Counted from the stretch's first letter, positions 1 to 14,734 are shown. The stretch is 64,000 bases of DNA from the human T2T-CHM13v2.0 reference genome, Homo sapiens (GCF_009914755.1 NC_060947.1), one strand, 5' to 3'. Notes: generated from the letters alone by a model not told the origin. Numbers and translations are program-made.

Positions 1-673
1 GTAAAAAGACTTTTTGATGCTCAATGTCAGGGAGGACGATTCACCTAGCTGTGCTACAGTCCAGAAACACCAAGACCTGTTATTACAATCCTATTTAATA
101 ACAAATATGCCAGTTATTGAACTTATATTAACTCTCTGTATAACTGAAGTATACACAATTGTATTTATTGACATACTGAGAGTGGTGTTTGATAACATCA
201 TATTGTTTGAAACAAACAAGGCGGTGCAAGTGTTATTCATTATAACACAATATTCAATACTGATATTTAGATTTGAGTCAGAAAGCATGATTTTAAGACT
301 GATGGGCTCCCTGTCATAAACCTTACATTGTGTCTTTCAAAAATAAAAAAGTTCTTGGTTAGCGTGACCCCTTTTCTCCATAAGCATACACGTCTTATCT
401 TTCTTTAACCCTCTGTACCATGTATTGTTTCTACTAAAGATGTTAATAAGTGAGATTTCCAGTCATCACTGTTTTTCTGGTAGTTTTAGGTACTATGTAT
501 ATATCTTTTTTTTTAAACGCACATGGTCTCTTAACTAAAACTCAACCAAACATTATATCATAGCTTGAGACAATGTGAAGCATGCTAGGAAAATTATTTG
601 TGAACTTAATATAATTAATTTTGAAAAAGAAACCTAGAAACATGATAATAGGCTTCATATATGGTTTCATAAA

Positions 674-840
674 ATCATAGAACATCTGGTTTGGAAATGG
701 TCTTAATGGTCGGTTAGTCCAACCATTCACCCCGGGCTTAAATCCCTTCTAAAACACTCCATCTATTAGTCTCTATGTCATCCCTGAACTGCCTGTTCCA
801 GGAAGGAAGAATAGAAGACTTTTGGAAGCATTCCATTTAA
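674..840 (-). mobile_element. L3/CR1 LINE 3' fragment (ancient)
   Basis: atcatagaacatctggtttggaaatggtcttaatggtcggttagtccaacc...ttaaatcccttctaaaacac resembles the reverse complement of the CR1/L3 3' end; very diverged, boundaries approximate. Confidence 0.5.
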
Positions 841-1923
841 AATAGGAGGTACTAATTTATATATCCATCTGTGCATACAAAATATTACTCCATGCATTTA
901 CTGCTCCTTATTTTAAATGTGGTATGGCATACATTACTGGGGAAAAAAAATCCTTCCCTAGCTTTCTTACACATATTCCTTTAAAAACTAATTTGACAGA
1001 TCCTGGAGCTTTCTCTTCTTTGACCCCCAAAATGAAATAGTGTCAAAGACCCTAGTTTCTAGGACACATGCGAGGACCTTAAAAAAATACCTCAAATGAA
1101 TCATCATTTTCATCTTTTAAATTTATTTTGACTGCTTGTGTTTGGTCCAAGCAAGTCAAGGCAAATAGTCACACAGCTTCTTGCCAAGATTATGTTCTAA
1201 ATAAGAGAGGATACTTGCAAGAAAGACACACTGGAAAACTCAAACAATCCTAAAAAAGCTGTGTTTTATAAGAAAATCACACAACCACCAGATGATCACC
1301 ATTAGCTGTTAAGATTTAACAGGACAATTCTAAGTTTCTGTGTCAAAGAAAGTTTCATGGAGAAGTGATTTTAGGGCTCTTTTGCCTCTAGGTACAAAAA
1401 GTGCTTGGCAAATCCTAAGGAATAATGCTTTTTTACCCTAAAATTTTAACTTGCAGCAATGCTTGAAATCACCCCATTACAGAATCATAGCTTTGGGGTT
1501 TAGAGGTCTCTCAGTTTTCAAGATCCCCTGGCACCAAGCTCCTAACACACACCTATTATGGTGTAAAGCTTTACTGAGGGGGTGACTGGTCTGGAATGAA
1601 ATGCCCAATAGGCTTTTGACAGATAGCAGGGATCTCAGATACTAGAAGATACAGAAAGGGGAAGAGGGAGATTAAAGATAAACTTCACTCCTTGCTCAGT
1701 TTTCCCAGTGCTTATCCTTCCAGTGTATGTTAACTTATTTATTATTACCTTTGGTTTATCCTTAAAGTCTTCTTATAGACCTACCTGAGGCCAGGGCAAA
1801 GATAGTCAAACACTTTTGTTGATCCAAATGTATGTAACTATCTTTTTTCAGGGATTATATCTCAGTACTTACATCTTTGGGGATGTCTATATAAAATTTA
1901 TATCCAATCCTGAGTAGCTTTAA

Positions 1924-2319
<396 letters not shown>

Positions 2320-2805
2320 TGAGAGTAGCTGGAGAACATTTGTAATGGTAAGAAATAGTTCCATAGTGAGTCATTTACCCAGCTACTTTCCAGTTTGAAG
2401 AATTAAGTGGGAGTCATTAAGACTGAATCAATTTCTATATATATATTTTCACTTCTAAATTGGCAAAAGAATCTGAGAGGAAGAACAGACTTCAAAACGA
2501 CTACGTTAATAGAAACAAATGAGCTGTTTATTTTACACGCAGTTATGAATATTATAAATACATTATTCATCCAGCAGCTGAAAGACTTATGTCACTTAAG
2601 TGCTTGGGATGATCAAAAGCAAAGTGGTTTCAATTATTAAAAATGGGGAGGTAGGGAGAAGAAACCAGAAAAAAGACTTACTAAATGATGAAGTGCTGTA
2701 CTGTCATAATGAAAATATGTAGGCCTTTCTAGGTCATAACATTTTAAGTGAATTTAAACTTGTAAGTGCTAAGAAATAAGTAAAGTAGCAAGTAATTCTA
2801 TATTG

Positions 2806-3012
2806 CATAGTTAACAATAATTTATTGTATATTTCAAAATAGCTAGAAAAGAAAATGTGAAGTGTTCTCAACACAAAGAAACGATGAATGTTTGAGGTGA
2901 TGGGTATCCTAAATACTCTTATTTGATCATTACACATTGTATGCATGTATCAAAATATCACATGTACTCCCTAAATATGTACAATTATTACGTAGCAATA
3001 CAAATAAAATAA
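2806..3012 (+). mobile_element. L1MA-type 3' UTR end
   Basis: atagttaacaataatttattgtatatttcaaaatagctag...tttgaggtgatggg...catgtactccctaaatatgtacaattatt followed by an A-rich tail. Confidence 0.85.
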
Positions 3013-3429
3013 TCCAGTAAAATGAGTTGGTTTTTGCCTTCATCATTGTCTTATCTTGGGGTTTCCCAAAAATCAGCATCTGAGACAAAGACTGCCTTGC
3101 CTCTGAAGGTTAAGTGTTGCTTTTGGCCTCTACCATTCCGGAATTTCCCTCTTTTCTCCATTGATATTAGGAGGTCCAATTGCATGGCAGCATGTCTTTC
3201 TGTCTACCCTAGCCTTCAGAGGACATTTCGTTGATCATTGCCATTTCTTATTGCCTGAGTGAAGGAACTGTCCTATGACCCCTCTGGGGAATACGGTCAG
3301 GTGGTGGGTTCACTGTTATCACAAAATAAATCTATTCTAACCTTTTACTTCCTTAAGCCTTCTGCACTGTTCAGGTATTCCTGTATCACCACCTTGTTTA
3401 CTCCAGGTAATTACTGTACCAAAACTTCA

Positions 3430-3748
<319 letters not shown>

Positions 3749-6029
3749 CACTTCAAAAAAAGCCATCTCAGAGTATATTAGAGAAAAATTCAGGTGTCCT
3801 TGTCAATACTTTGAACCCCAAATCACAGGTGACTGAATAAATAAAAATATAATAGTGTTGTACTTGTATTCTATTTTTATTCACATAAATATATATTTGT
3901 GAATGAAGAATATAAAGGTCATTCATTCTTCGGGAGTAGCCAAATATTATTCTTGGATAAAACATGTAATGTCATTGTTCCCAAACTTGTATTCCATTGT
4001 TTTGGTTACATGTAAAACTGGTGTTACTGAATATTGCTTTGGCATTACTGCTACAATTCACGTTTTTGAGAAACAAAAATACAGAAACTTCCCTTCGAAA
4101 TTACTGTCAGAGTGACGTTGAGGACAATGTGTTTCATATCCTGTAACAAGCTGTTCATCAGGACTCTCAAGAGAAATATCTCTTCATGCTCATATCAGGA
4201 AAAGATGGTTTTTTGTGAAACAAAACCTTAAAACATATTACAAAAACAGTCAACCTTGCAAATAATGCAGTTCTTTTTGCTTTGGCTACTGGGAAGCTCA
4301 GAGCCAAATCTACATTCTACTTCTAGTGATTTAATGGGATTTTACAGTAGGCATTTCTTAAACTAATTGTATCTTCTGGTTTTATTTTATTAATCCACTC
4401 TTATTTCCTTTTCCATTGATCTGTTCAACAATTTGTATTTTATTTATTATTTATCACGCAAGCAACTTCAAGGCCTTATTTATACTTACATAGGCATAAA
4501 TTAATCTAGTTAAAAACAATTGATGTAGAGAGCTATTGAATGTACTACCTTACATTTTAAATTAAATGAGAGATGAGCTTATTGAAAGTAAGTGATACCG
4601 CAGAGGTGGAATGGGAAACTTGAAGAGCAGTTTTACGTTGATGAAGAGTAAGCAGCTCTCAAGTCATTAATCAGTAAAGTATACATTTATTATTTAAAAA
4701 TTACAGCACTGGTAAAATCAGTAATATGGCATTAGACTGATATTTTGTTGCACTGTTTCAAGTCACAATAAAGTTTCAAAGAAACGAAATACTGATTTTA
4801 CTTTACATGTCTCATTTTCTGCCTAACTATTTAGGTCAGGGAATTTGTCTTTACTTTTAAAAAGTGTATCCATTAAGAATACTAATACTGAGGCTATAGT
4901 CTGAGTTTATTTAATTTGCCAATTGAAATAATTCCATGGAAAACTGTCAAATGTATAATTCTGGCACATAACAGAATTAACCTTATATTACAACAAACAA
5001 AACTCATTTTAAAAATCAATGAAACCCATATTACAGCAAAATATAAGGAGATAAATTAAAAATATAAAATATTATTAGAAGAGCTTGCCTAGAAATGACG
5101 AGCTCTATTGAAACACTACCGCACAGCCAGTTAGAACATGTTTATGCTTAAGAAACGATGGAAATAATTACTAAAAAGAATGACACAAAGAAATATAAAC
5201 AAGGATCATCAAGCAGAAGAAGACTGAAAACAATGTGTATATAATTGTCGGAATATCAGAGTGCTCTGAACTTTTAAAATCCTGAATCATCCAACAGGAT
5301 GATGCAACAATATTCCAATCTTAGAATGGGAGGATTTGACAAAACCTTAGTGTTTATCCCAAGCTAGGGGTTAACTCCCAGGGGAAATTATGAACTAAGT
5401 GCAGCAATTAATCATGGTGATGAGTAAAAAAGTACAGTAACATCTCTGTGACCAACTCATGGGAGTGTGGAGAAAGTCCCTTTGGCAGCTGTCTGCCCAG
5501 CTAATGGTACTTACTAATTAATGGAGAGGCCAAATCTGAACCTACCCTACAGCCTTGTGCTGAAAGCTGCTTTGTAGCTATTCATATAAATGTAGACTGG
5601 TCCAGGTCAAAACACAGTAAAAGTGAGGGCACTTTTTGTCTCTATGTCTCTGGAAGGAATAATAAAAGAAAATTATCAGTGAGTCACATGAGGCTCCATA
5701 ATCCACGATAGACTAAACAGTAAATGTGGCCTTTTCCTAGATCAGTGTGATTAATTCAAAAGTCAGAACCATCTGTAGCAGTTTTAAGAACAGAAATAAA
5801 TTTATAAAAAGTAATCATACCTTTTCAATAAAAAGTAATAAGTAATACCTTTTAAATATATCTTTTATCAGCATTTGACTGGTAGCAGCCATTTGAGTGG
5901 CTATTTCATGCAAGCATTTATCAGCCATTCCGGAAGAGGTGGGTTGCAGTGGGGGCAGAATTCTGGTAACCAAAGAATCATTTATTAAATGGTTCCATTC
6001 TTGATCAGTTTAGCTTGCTTATAGTAATC

Positions 6030-6240
6030 ACATCAATTATTTATGGAGCACTTACCATGTGCTAAGACATGTTTTCATGTGACATTTTTTCACTTAGTTA
6101 CCATAATCCTGTGAAGTGGGTGCTACCATCCTTCCCATTTTCCACTTGAGGAAACAATGGTTTAGAGTGGATAAGTACAAGCCTGGTGTATAGAAGACAG
6201 TCAGAAAGTGGGATTAAAGCGTGGGTTTATCCCCATGGCC
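6030..6240 (-). mobile_element. MIR SINE
   Basis: atttatggagcacttaccatgtg...cccattttccacttgaggaaacaatggtttagag, the reverse-strand MIR core. Confidence 0.7.
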
Positions 6241-6514
6241 CACTTAAACTCTTATGTAGTTACTTACATGGATACTGCCTCTGAAGCCATGTTCAGTCAG
6301 TTCTCCAGGGAGCTCCATTCTTGCTCCTTGAAAAGTCTTGGTAGTATGCTAGCTGTTCTATTCCAGAATAGAAGCTTCTGTGCTATTCCAAAGAAATAAG
6401 ACATGATTTACAATTTCATACATGGTAAGGCATACACCTACCTAGTTTCCAAGATAACATCTCCTATATCTTTTTTTCTCCTCCCTTATCCCTTGTCAAA
6501 CTTGAAAACTCAAT

Positions 6515-6650
6515 TTTAGATCAGAAAAGGACCCTAGAGGCTATCTTGTCTGGCCTTCTGATTATTTTAAAATGGTAAAACCAAGGTCAAAAGAGGTTAA
6601 ATGATTTCGAGTTGGTCAGTAGGGCTCCCCAGTGTCTGGAGTCCCCATCT
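6515..6650 (-). mobile_element. MIR3/MIRc-like fragment
   Basis: agaaaaggaccctagaggctatcttgtct...ggtaaaaccaaggtcaaaagaggttaaatgattt. Confidence 0.5.
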
Positions 6651-7393
6651 AGTGCTTTGTCCCATTATCTTACAGTAGTTTTCATCTCTGCCCCGTATTT
6701 TTCCAGGCATCTGATGCAGGAAAGGTATGATGAAAATGATTTTTTTCAGTCTAGTAAAGGAAACTTTACCACTGACATTTGGACTGCTCTCATGGTATAA
6801 CAGAAACACTGACACAGGCTTTAGCAAGCTTCTCTATCGCAACCACAGGCTGTGACTCTGGACACAAACAGTACAGAAAATTAATCTCAATTCTCTGTTT
6901 GAACTAAAAGGAAGAAAGCAAACACATGAACGTGTCAGAATGGGGAGTTAACCTGGAGAAGAAATAAGAAGCCAGATAAAAATAGAAAAGCAAGAAAGAA
7001 CTTAGGAAATATACAGGGAAATATCAGCAGTATAAATCAGATTAACATGGGACCCCCCCTTGTCATTTTTAGGTTTAACATTTCTGATCTGTCAGACAGT
7101 TTTCCTATCGCCATTTCCTTCTGCTTCCCTGCAGCCCTTCTTTCTGACACCACTTGGGAAAATAATCTGTAAACTAATTACTAATTGACATAAGATTAAC
7201 TAAAAAGAGCAGTCACACACACATATGCACATCCACACATAAACTTGTGCCTATACACTGTATAAGTCATGTAAATAATCACACTGTACCCCATAAATAT
7301 GTATAGTTATATCATAAAGAATTTTAAAAGCCCCAAACTCCACAATTTTTAGACACTTTAGATGCCTACTATTGTAATACATAATCTTTCTTG

Positions 7394-7594
7394 CAGTGTT
7401 TCACAGGGTTCTACTGGTATTTTGGGTGAAACAATTATTCCTTGGATAGACTATCCACACGTGACATGATCATTATCCCTTCTGCCACCAAATCCCGTTA
7501 GTTGCAGTTAGTCATCCTGACAACCAGAAAACACCCTTAGGCATTTCCAAATGCCCCCAGGGTGGGGCAGTACTTTCCTAAGTGAGAAACACTA
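7394..7594. mobile_element. hAT-Charlie non-autonomous DNA transposon (MER117/MER20-like)
   Basis: Termini cagtgtttc...gagaaacacta; internal tgacaaccagaaaacaccc...catttccaaatgccccc typical of this group; ~200 bp. Confidence 0.7.
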
Positions 7595-7656
7595 GGGCTG
7601 AGAACAAGACTCTAGGTCCAACTCAGAGGAATTATTAACATAGATTGATATATTTT

Positions 7657-8165
7657 ATTCAAGACATATTTACTGAGTGCTTGCCATGTGTAAGGCCCTA
7701 TGGTAGCTGGCTGCTAGGTGCTGGGGGGTACATTGGTAAGTCCAAACAAATAAGGATTTTGCTGTAATGGATCATGCAAGATGGTATGAGAGACACATAT
7801 TGATTAAATCTTCACACACACACACACACATAAATTATAAAGTTCTAATAATAGCAACAAAGAGACACATAGTGTTATTAGAGTCTACAGAGGATAAGTT
7901 AGAGAAGATTCCCTGAAAAAGTGATGCTTGAGCTGAGATCTGAAGCATAAGCAGGAGTTTACTTGGTGATGACAAAGGGCAACAACATTGTTGGTAGAGG
8001 AAACAGCATGTTCAATGCTGCACCGATGACACAGAGCACGGCATGTAAGAGAGATGAACAGGAGGCCAATGTGGCTACACCTGAGAGAATGAGAGGGAGC
8101 TCCCTGTGAGATGAGGCTGTAGACATAAGGAAAAGCCAGTTCACATGTGGCCTTGGAGCCTAGTC
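7657..8165 (-). mobile_element. L2 LINE 3' portion
   Basis: attcaagacatatttactgagtgcttgccatgtg (L2 tail, reverse strand); gagctgagatctgaag; agaggaaacagcatg. Confidence 0.8.
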
Positions 8166-9159
8166 AATAAGTAGAATACCCAGGCGTAACTAACCAAGTG
8201 AAAGCTGGTAGAAAGCAGAAGGAAGTAGATTACATAAAACATTGATTGATCAGCGGGTGTTGTCTCATGAACCTTTTAATCAAATCAGCTCTCATCTGGA
8301 TGGAGGTCAAGTTTGCACAGATAAAAAATATCTTCAGTGTGTTGTGATTGTGTAGAATGTACTCACTCAACAAATTTGGTACCACGCAAGGTCCTATGAA
8401 AGTTGTAACATGTAAGACTAGATATCTGTTGGGGAACGTTGGGGGAATCTGGTGACAACCTGGAAAGGTCAAGTGTTTCAGGGGAATGAACACTGAAGTT
8501 GAAGCTTCAGGAACTGGGTCTTGCTACCAGACTTTCTTGCCTCATGGGAACTCCACCAGTCCCTGATCAGAATTTTCATCCCTAAAACAAGGACAAAAAT
8601 ACCCAAGTTTCTGGGCAAGATTAACTGAACTATCTTAAGGGAGAACATCTAACCCAATATAGAGTACATCCCAAGTGCACAATTCATGGTTTTAACAAAA
8701 CAAAGTTTCTTCAGCTGTAAAGTAAAGGTCATAATAACTTCTCTGACACTCCAAGGATGTTGTCATCAGGCCAAATGGGAAAAGCTGGTAAAGAAGCACA
8801 AGGTATTACTATCATCAATGAATAAATGTGGCATGAATGGCACCCTGAACTTAACATCCCTTGTTTTCTCTGTTGTAGAGGCGAACTGCTCCATTGAATA
8901 CCCTTTTCCTCTTAGCCCTCAGAAAAATCACGGGTATGGGCAAGAAGAAATGATGATATGCAGTTTTTGATACGATGAAATAAACATTTCTGTGATAAGA
9001 TTTTAAGTGCTATAAATCTACATGTACACAAATTTTCTTTGGACGCGTTGCAGAAAACAAAGTATTGTTTCCAAATAAGCCTATGGACCAACATTTTGTC
9101 AAATGTTAGCTAATCATGGTTCTTTTTTAAGCAAATCCAGTTTACAGCAATTTGCAGGG

Positions 9160-9664
9160 TGTACCAATGCTGGGGATGCTCCGCCTCATATCCCCTCAGC
9201 CCACCTTTAAATAAACATGTAGGTGTAGTGAACACTTCCTAGTATGCTGATAACTTTCCACTGCAAGTGCCTGTTTTCACTGCTTCTCCATGCAAGGGCT
9301 TTCTCTGCAACTGTGGCAGCTTGCCCAGCCTGCTTGTTGGGAAGCCTAGAAGCCTCTGAAACTTAACCGCCCTAGGGATTACCCGCAACCCATAATGGCT
9401 GAGAGTTGGCAGATAAATATTTCATATTACTTTGTTCTCTGATGGAATTATTCTGAAGCACGTTCTACATGGTTGCTCAGAGGGTCCTCAATAGGACTGA
9501 GGCCTAGGAGTCCACTGAGATAACCTGCTTATTAAAATTCTTTTAGGGATTTTTCCCTTCTCTGTCTCACTTCCCCTGCCTTCTTGTATGCACTTCTTAT
9601 AATTAACTACCTGAACCCACTTCTTGTCTCGTGATATACTTTTGGGAGAACCCAAGGTTAGACA
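9160..9664 (+). mobile_element. ERVL solo LTR (LTR16 family)
   Basis: TG...CA ends; taacctgcttattaa...ctgtctcacttcccc...ttttgggagaacccaaggttagaca matches the LTR16 3' end. Confidence 0.75.
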
Positions 9665-10194
9665 TAGAATTCCTGGAATTGTTCAGTTCATAATGCACAA
9701 TTTCCACTTACAATGGCACACTGATGACTACTCTAAAAAAAATGGCCCTGTTCTCTGTAGAAAGAGGAGATACCTACTTTTAAACATCTCTTAAGGGGAA
9801 AAGTCTAAAATCAAGGATACATTTCATGGGAGGGTGAGTGTGATCTGTTTAGAATATCAGCATTTAGATTTTAAACTGCATTTGAACATTAGGCCACACT
9901 AATGCCCACTAACTTTGGAGGGTCATTTACTTTAAAAGCAACGAGTTGAAAGATTAAGTAATTTAATTTGATAGATGGCTTTGTGCCTGAATGTGCTTTA
10001 ACACCTTTTGATCCTAATTGCCTATATTGAAGGTGTTAAGTTTGACTTGCTAAATAAAGCCTAGAAGGAGTTAACATTTCATTTGAGTGACCTACAAATG
10101 CCCCCCAGCCAAGCCTCTTGGAGTGCTTCTAATGGATGCTAAATTATACAACCCAAGTGATTAGCTATTTTAGATACTGAATTAGTAAGGATGC

Positions 10195-10307
10195 TAGACC
10201 ATAAGCTCAATGAAGAAAAGAGCTGTACTTATCTTATTCACCTTTCTACCTTAATATGGTGCCTTGTACTTACTAAGTGTTCAACAAAGTTTTCTTGAAT
10301 AAATGAA
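10195..10307 (+). mobile_element. L2 3' terminus
   Basis: ataagctcaatgaag...atcttattcac...taagtgttcaacaaagttttcttgaataaatgaa. Confidence 0.65.
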
Positions 10308-11640
10308 CACATGGCAACCTCCATTTAAATGACTTTTATTATTCTCATATGAGTTAAGATGGGAGAAGATTTGGCATTTAAATGGTTGGCAATCTAAGGA
10401 GAAAATACTATCACGCATCTATCCTTTATCTTCAGTGTGAAGTTATAAAGTCAGAAAGCTACCCCACTCTTTTCTGGTCCATTTACATATTCATATCTGG
10501 GAAGTGAGAAGCAAGAGAAAGTTGAAAGACTGCAAGATGTAAGAGTGATCCCTAAAAGAAACACTTCACCCATACAAATACTTGCTTAAACTCACTATAG
10601 TCTGTTCTTTCAGAAGAATCCGCGTGAAGGAATCATGGGACTTCAGGTCAGAATGAATTTTGTAGGATATTCTTTATGCTATGCTAGGGGAAAAAGGGAG
10701 TTTAGACAGTATCAACTTCATACACGCAGCAAGTAAGCAACAGCTAATCAATCACTAGAGATCATCATCTTTTCTTGGGGTGAACACATATTATCTTATT
10801 GGTTTACAAGTGGTGTACCTTGGTTAATTTTAGATTTGAGGTCAGTCTCAACGTAGCGATGACTTAGCAAAGTGCAAAATAATAAAAACCTAGCAACGTG
10901 GACATGTTTTGCATAATCATTGAATTTCTATAGGACTCAGGATTCTCCCAGATTGTATATCAGTCCTGACTTGGTCTTGTTAATTTTTGATATCCACCCT
11001 CCATCCAAATCTCATTCCATTAGACTCGGAAATGTTGAAATGTTGTCTGCTAATATCTGGGTAATCATTCTTCTGTGCTATATAAGACTGTCAGAATTTG
11101 TATTTTTGCTGTGATGCTTGCTATTCCCAGTTCACAGAAACCTAAAGTGTTATCATCAACATCTGACAGTATGAACTTCAGGGTTTGTTAGAAAAACCAC
11201 TTAAGTGTGTGAGATAAGGAAAAGGAGAAACAAGGGCTTTGACTTGGCTGTGTATAGATAGTGAAGGAAAACTCCATAAATGGAAGATCCAATCATTTTG
11301 GAATTTTACTTGAAGAGAAATTACAAAACGTCAGCAATTTTAAAGCCTCAATTCCTGACGCCTTCTATCCAGTTCAATCAATAAAGCTATGCTTTAACTG
11401 GAGCTCAGGACATCCTGGGAATATCCAGATTGTCTCTCTGATTCTCTGCCACTGCTCTGTGAATAAGAACTGCCAAAGATTTCTTACATCGTTAGCACTC
11501 ACTGGCCCACTCTGACTTGCTCTTCTGGCTCTTTACGAATGTATATGCTTTGCCTGAAATTGGAAAGCACTTGCTCTTAATTTTCTCTGCATTAAGCAAG
11601 TGTTTCCCTGGCAGATGCAGTTTGCGCAGGCATATTTTTA

Positions 11641-11660
11641 AGAGCTCCCCCTGCTGGCAA
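11641..11660 (-). promoter_or_regulatory. Candidate CTCF binding motif
   Basis: Minus strand TTGCCAGCAGGGGGAGCTCT vs core consensus TGGCCA(C/G)CAGGGGGCGCTA; in repeat-free sequence next to a forkhead-type TGTAAACA (11666-11673). Motif only; binding not shown. Confidence 0.55.
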
Positions 11661-12239
11661 GTCTGTGTAAACAGTTTGTTGGCCTCTCTAGGCCCTGGCT
11701 ACTATTAAAGCCACTTCACCTGTCAGCTTAGGAGAGCTGTCTGTGATTCCATAAGGCCCCAGTTAGGCACTCACATTTACAGAAGGACAGGAGCAGCAAT
11801 TTAGCCTTTAACTATTAGCTTGCCATAACAGATTGCATTATCAACAGCCGCTCCAACACTCAGAATGATAAGATGCAACCTGGGTTCATTTCAGGGGATG
11901 CTGAGGGCCTGCTGAACATGCCAACTTTGCCTTATAGGAGATAAAAAGCTTCTCCTTCAGTATCTGTACTTAACAAGGTTGGCCATCTTGCTTTTGTCTG
12001 CTTTATCTCACATACTTTTCTTATTTAATAAGCAAATGTGATGTTAGTAGGTATTAACATTGGCAACATTTTCAGTTTTTCTTAAGTGGTTTTAAAAAGG
12101 ATCACAGAAAAAGGACAAAGTCTAAAGGTTGTGTACTAGAACACAAGTAGGCATGCTTTGCATGATAATTAAATTTCTATAGGACTCAGTATCTTCCCGA
12201 TATGTAGGAGATAAGTCTGAGGTATTTTTAGAAAAAACA

Positions 12240-12544
12240 GGCTGGGCACAGTGGTTCACGCCTGTAATCACAGCACTTTGGGAGGCCAAGGCGGGTGGAT
12301 CACAAGATCAGGAGTTCGAGACCAGCCTGGCCAACATAGTGAAACCCCCGTCTCTACTAAAAATACAAAAATTCGCTGGGCGTGGTGGTGCACACCTGTA
12401 ATCCCAGCTACTCAGGAGGCTGAGGCAGGAGAATCACTTGAACCCAGGAGGTGGAGATTGCAGTGAGCCGAGATCTCGCCATTGCAGTCCAGCCCGGGTG
12501 ACAATGTGAGACTCCATCTCAAAAAAAAAAAAAAAAGGAAAAAG
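12240..12544 (+). mobile_element. Alu SINE, AluSg-like
   Basis: Full dimer; ggatcacaagatcaggagttcgag (2-bp deletion class); poly(A); TSD about agaa(a/g)aaaca. Confidence 0.97.
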
Positions 12545-13009
12545 AAGAAACATTTAAAAATCTGAGGCTGATGGAATAAAATATTTATTTCCAAAGGGGG
12601 CAAAATGTTGCCAGTAATTAATAACATGGGTTCTCCAGAGTATTACTAAACATTGCAAATTTGAATGGTTTGACTTTGTTTCATAATCCTTTGCTGAATA
12701 AACAAATTTATGTATATTTATATAAGAAGGCTTACTCCTCATTCATGGATTCATAAAAGGAAGTACATAGTCTTAACTGTAATAATCATTTGAAGGCCAC
12801 AGGGATGGAAATCAGCAGACCTGTGTTTATGTTCTGTCCTAAACTATTTTTTGTCTTTTTCTAAAGCCACTTAGTGGGCCTCGTTACCCATATGTAACAG
12901 GCAAAGATGGTAAATCCTAAGGCCTTTGGCAACTCTATAGTTTGGTGATTATATAATTACTATAGAATAAAAAAAAAAAAAGTAGTTTGTAAAAGCACTG
13001 CTTCTACTC

Positions 13010-13448
13010 TGTCTTCAGTCAGATTCCCTGAAAGGAGAGCCTGAGATAAGGATTTTTTTGTAAGTTATTTCCTGAGGGTTTTCGGGAGAAACCTGTCAGG
13101 AAGTGGGTTTAGAAAGACAGGGCAGGGGAAAGAGCCGAGCAAAGATAAGATTTTAGAAGACTAGCCTTAGCCTGATCCCACAGGGAGCTCTGGAGCATCA
13201 ACTGTATCACTGTTCTTCCCACGTTAAAGAAAGCAAGCAAGGTGGGCTTTTGTATCTCCATATTGATAAGACTTTTGCCAAGGAGCACACTGGGAAATGG
13301 AGGCAGAGCTTCCCAGACTTTTGTGAATGGGGCAATCCTCTGGAGAAGTGAATGTGAACTGTTAGCATTCAGCACCACAGAAGCTAGGGGGTAGGTGGCC
13401 TGGCCTGATAAAGGGAATCTGGATGAGGCACCCATAGCATCTGTTGAA
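13010..13448 (-). mobile_element. ERVL solo LTR (LTR33/LTR16 group)
   Basis: tgtcttcagtcagattccctg...cctgagataag...gcctgatcccacagggagctctggagc...aagggaatctggatgaggcacccatagcatc. Confidence 0.7.
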
Positions 13449-13919
13449 TACTATTTCTTCTTTTCTCAATCTAACTTAAATGTCAAATAGTATTACCAGG
13501 TTACAAAACATTCATATTATTTATCTCACTGGACCTTATAATTTTTCACACAGTAGGCATTTGATAGATAAAAGTTAAAAGAACTGCTTATTGTGTTTTA
13601 CAAAAATGGAGAAGCTCTTATATAGTTGGAAATTACTTTTGTTACTATTTAATTTAGATAATATATTGTAGGAAATGGTTATTCGATGAGAAAGCAGAAA
13701 ATGGAACTCAACAATTAAGGCTTCCTGGAAAAAAAAGTTCTCTATTCTTTAGCGGAGAATGAAGATTTAACATTAAGAATGGCCTGTCCTCACAAGTAAA
13801 ATTGAAGTTAAAGTAACCTCGAATTTTTTTAAATTTCTACCAAGTGATCTTGTTCCAGGAATTAATATTACACTTAGACTTGATGATTACCAGGTAAAGA
13901 ACATTCATTAGAACTTTAA

Positions 13920-13920
<1 letters not shown>

Positions 13921-13950
<30 letters not shown>
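13921..13950 (+). repeat. poly(A)30 tract
   Basis: 30 uninterrupted A; no recognisable SINE head or TSD. Confidence 0.95.
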
Positions 13951-13951
<1 letters not shown>

Positions 13952-14088
13952 AGAGTATAATTAAGGCTGATAATCATTTGTTTTTGTTTAAAAAATACAA
14001 GTCTGCCCACAGTGGTAGAGATTTCTACCTATAAAATGTTCCCCTGAAACAGACTACTTCTTGAAATATGAATTAGGGGTTTAATTCT

Positions 14089-14497
14089 TGTATTAGTCTG
14101 TTTTGCATTGCTATAAAGGAATATCTGAGGCTGGGTAATTTATAAAGAAAACAGATTTACTTGGCTCACAGTTCTGTGGGCTGTACAAAAAGCATGGTGC
14201 CAGCATCTGCTTCTGGTCAGGACCTCAGGAAGATTTTACTCTCAGTGGAAAGTGAAGAGGGAGCAGGAGTGGCACATGGAGAGAGAGGGAGCAAGAAAGG
14301 GGAGGGAGGTGCCAGATTCTTTTTAAGAACCAGCATTCCTGTGAACTAATAGAATGGGAAGTCACTCGTTACTGCATCAAGTCATTCATGAAGGATCTAT
14401 CCCCATGACCCAAACACCTCCCACCAGGCCCCACCTCCAACCCTGAGGATAACATTTCAGTATGAGATCTGAAGGGGAGAAATATTAAACTATATCA
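14089..14497 (-). mobile_element. MaLR solo LTR, MSTB/MSTA
   Basis: tgtattagtctgttttgcattgctataaagg...cacctcccaccaggccccacctccaac...aaactatatca; 5-bp TSD attct/gttct. Confidence 0.93.
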
Positions 14498-14734
14498 GTT
14501 CTTTAACACTCAACTTGTTTAAAACATCATGAATACCATTTTAAGCTGTCGATAGTAGCATCGGCCTTATAATGAAGCAAGACTGTAGACATTTTTTTTT
14601 AAAAGGGAAGCTAGCAGAGATCATGAAGGAACTGTGTATAAGAGGACAGGCACAGGGAAAACGGACGTAGTGAAAGACAAATGTGGTTGATTTCACCATG
14701 TTGTCTTGGAGAGTCTTAAAGGATTTTTTAGTAA

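Noticed and set aside
14-319. 101-aa hydrophobic ORF at the window start
   Set aside because: No recognisable domain; composition explained by AT-rich DNA; no splice or promoter support
13921-13950. poly(A)30 as the tail of a processed pseudogene
   Set aside because: No upstream AATAAA-bearing mRNA-like body, ORF or TSD detected
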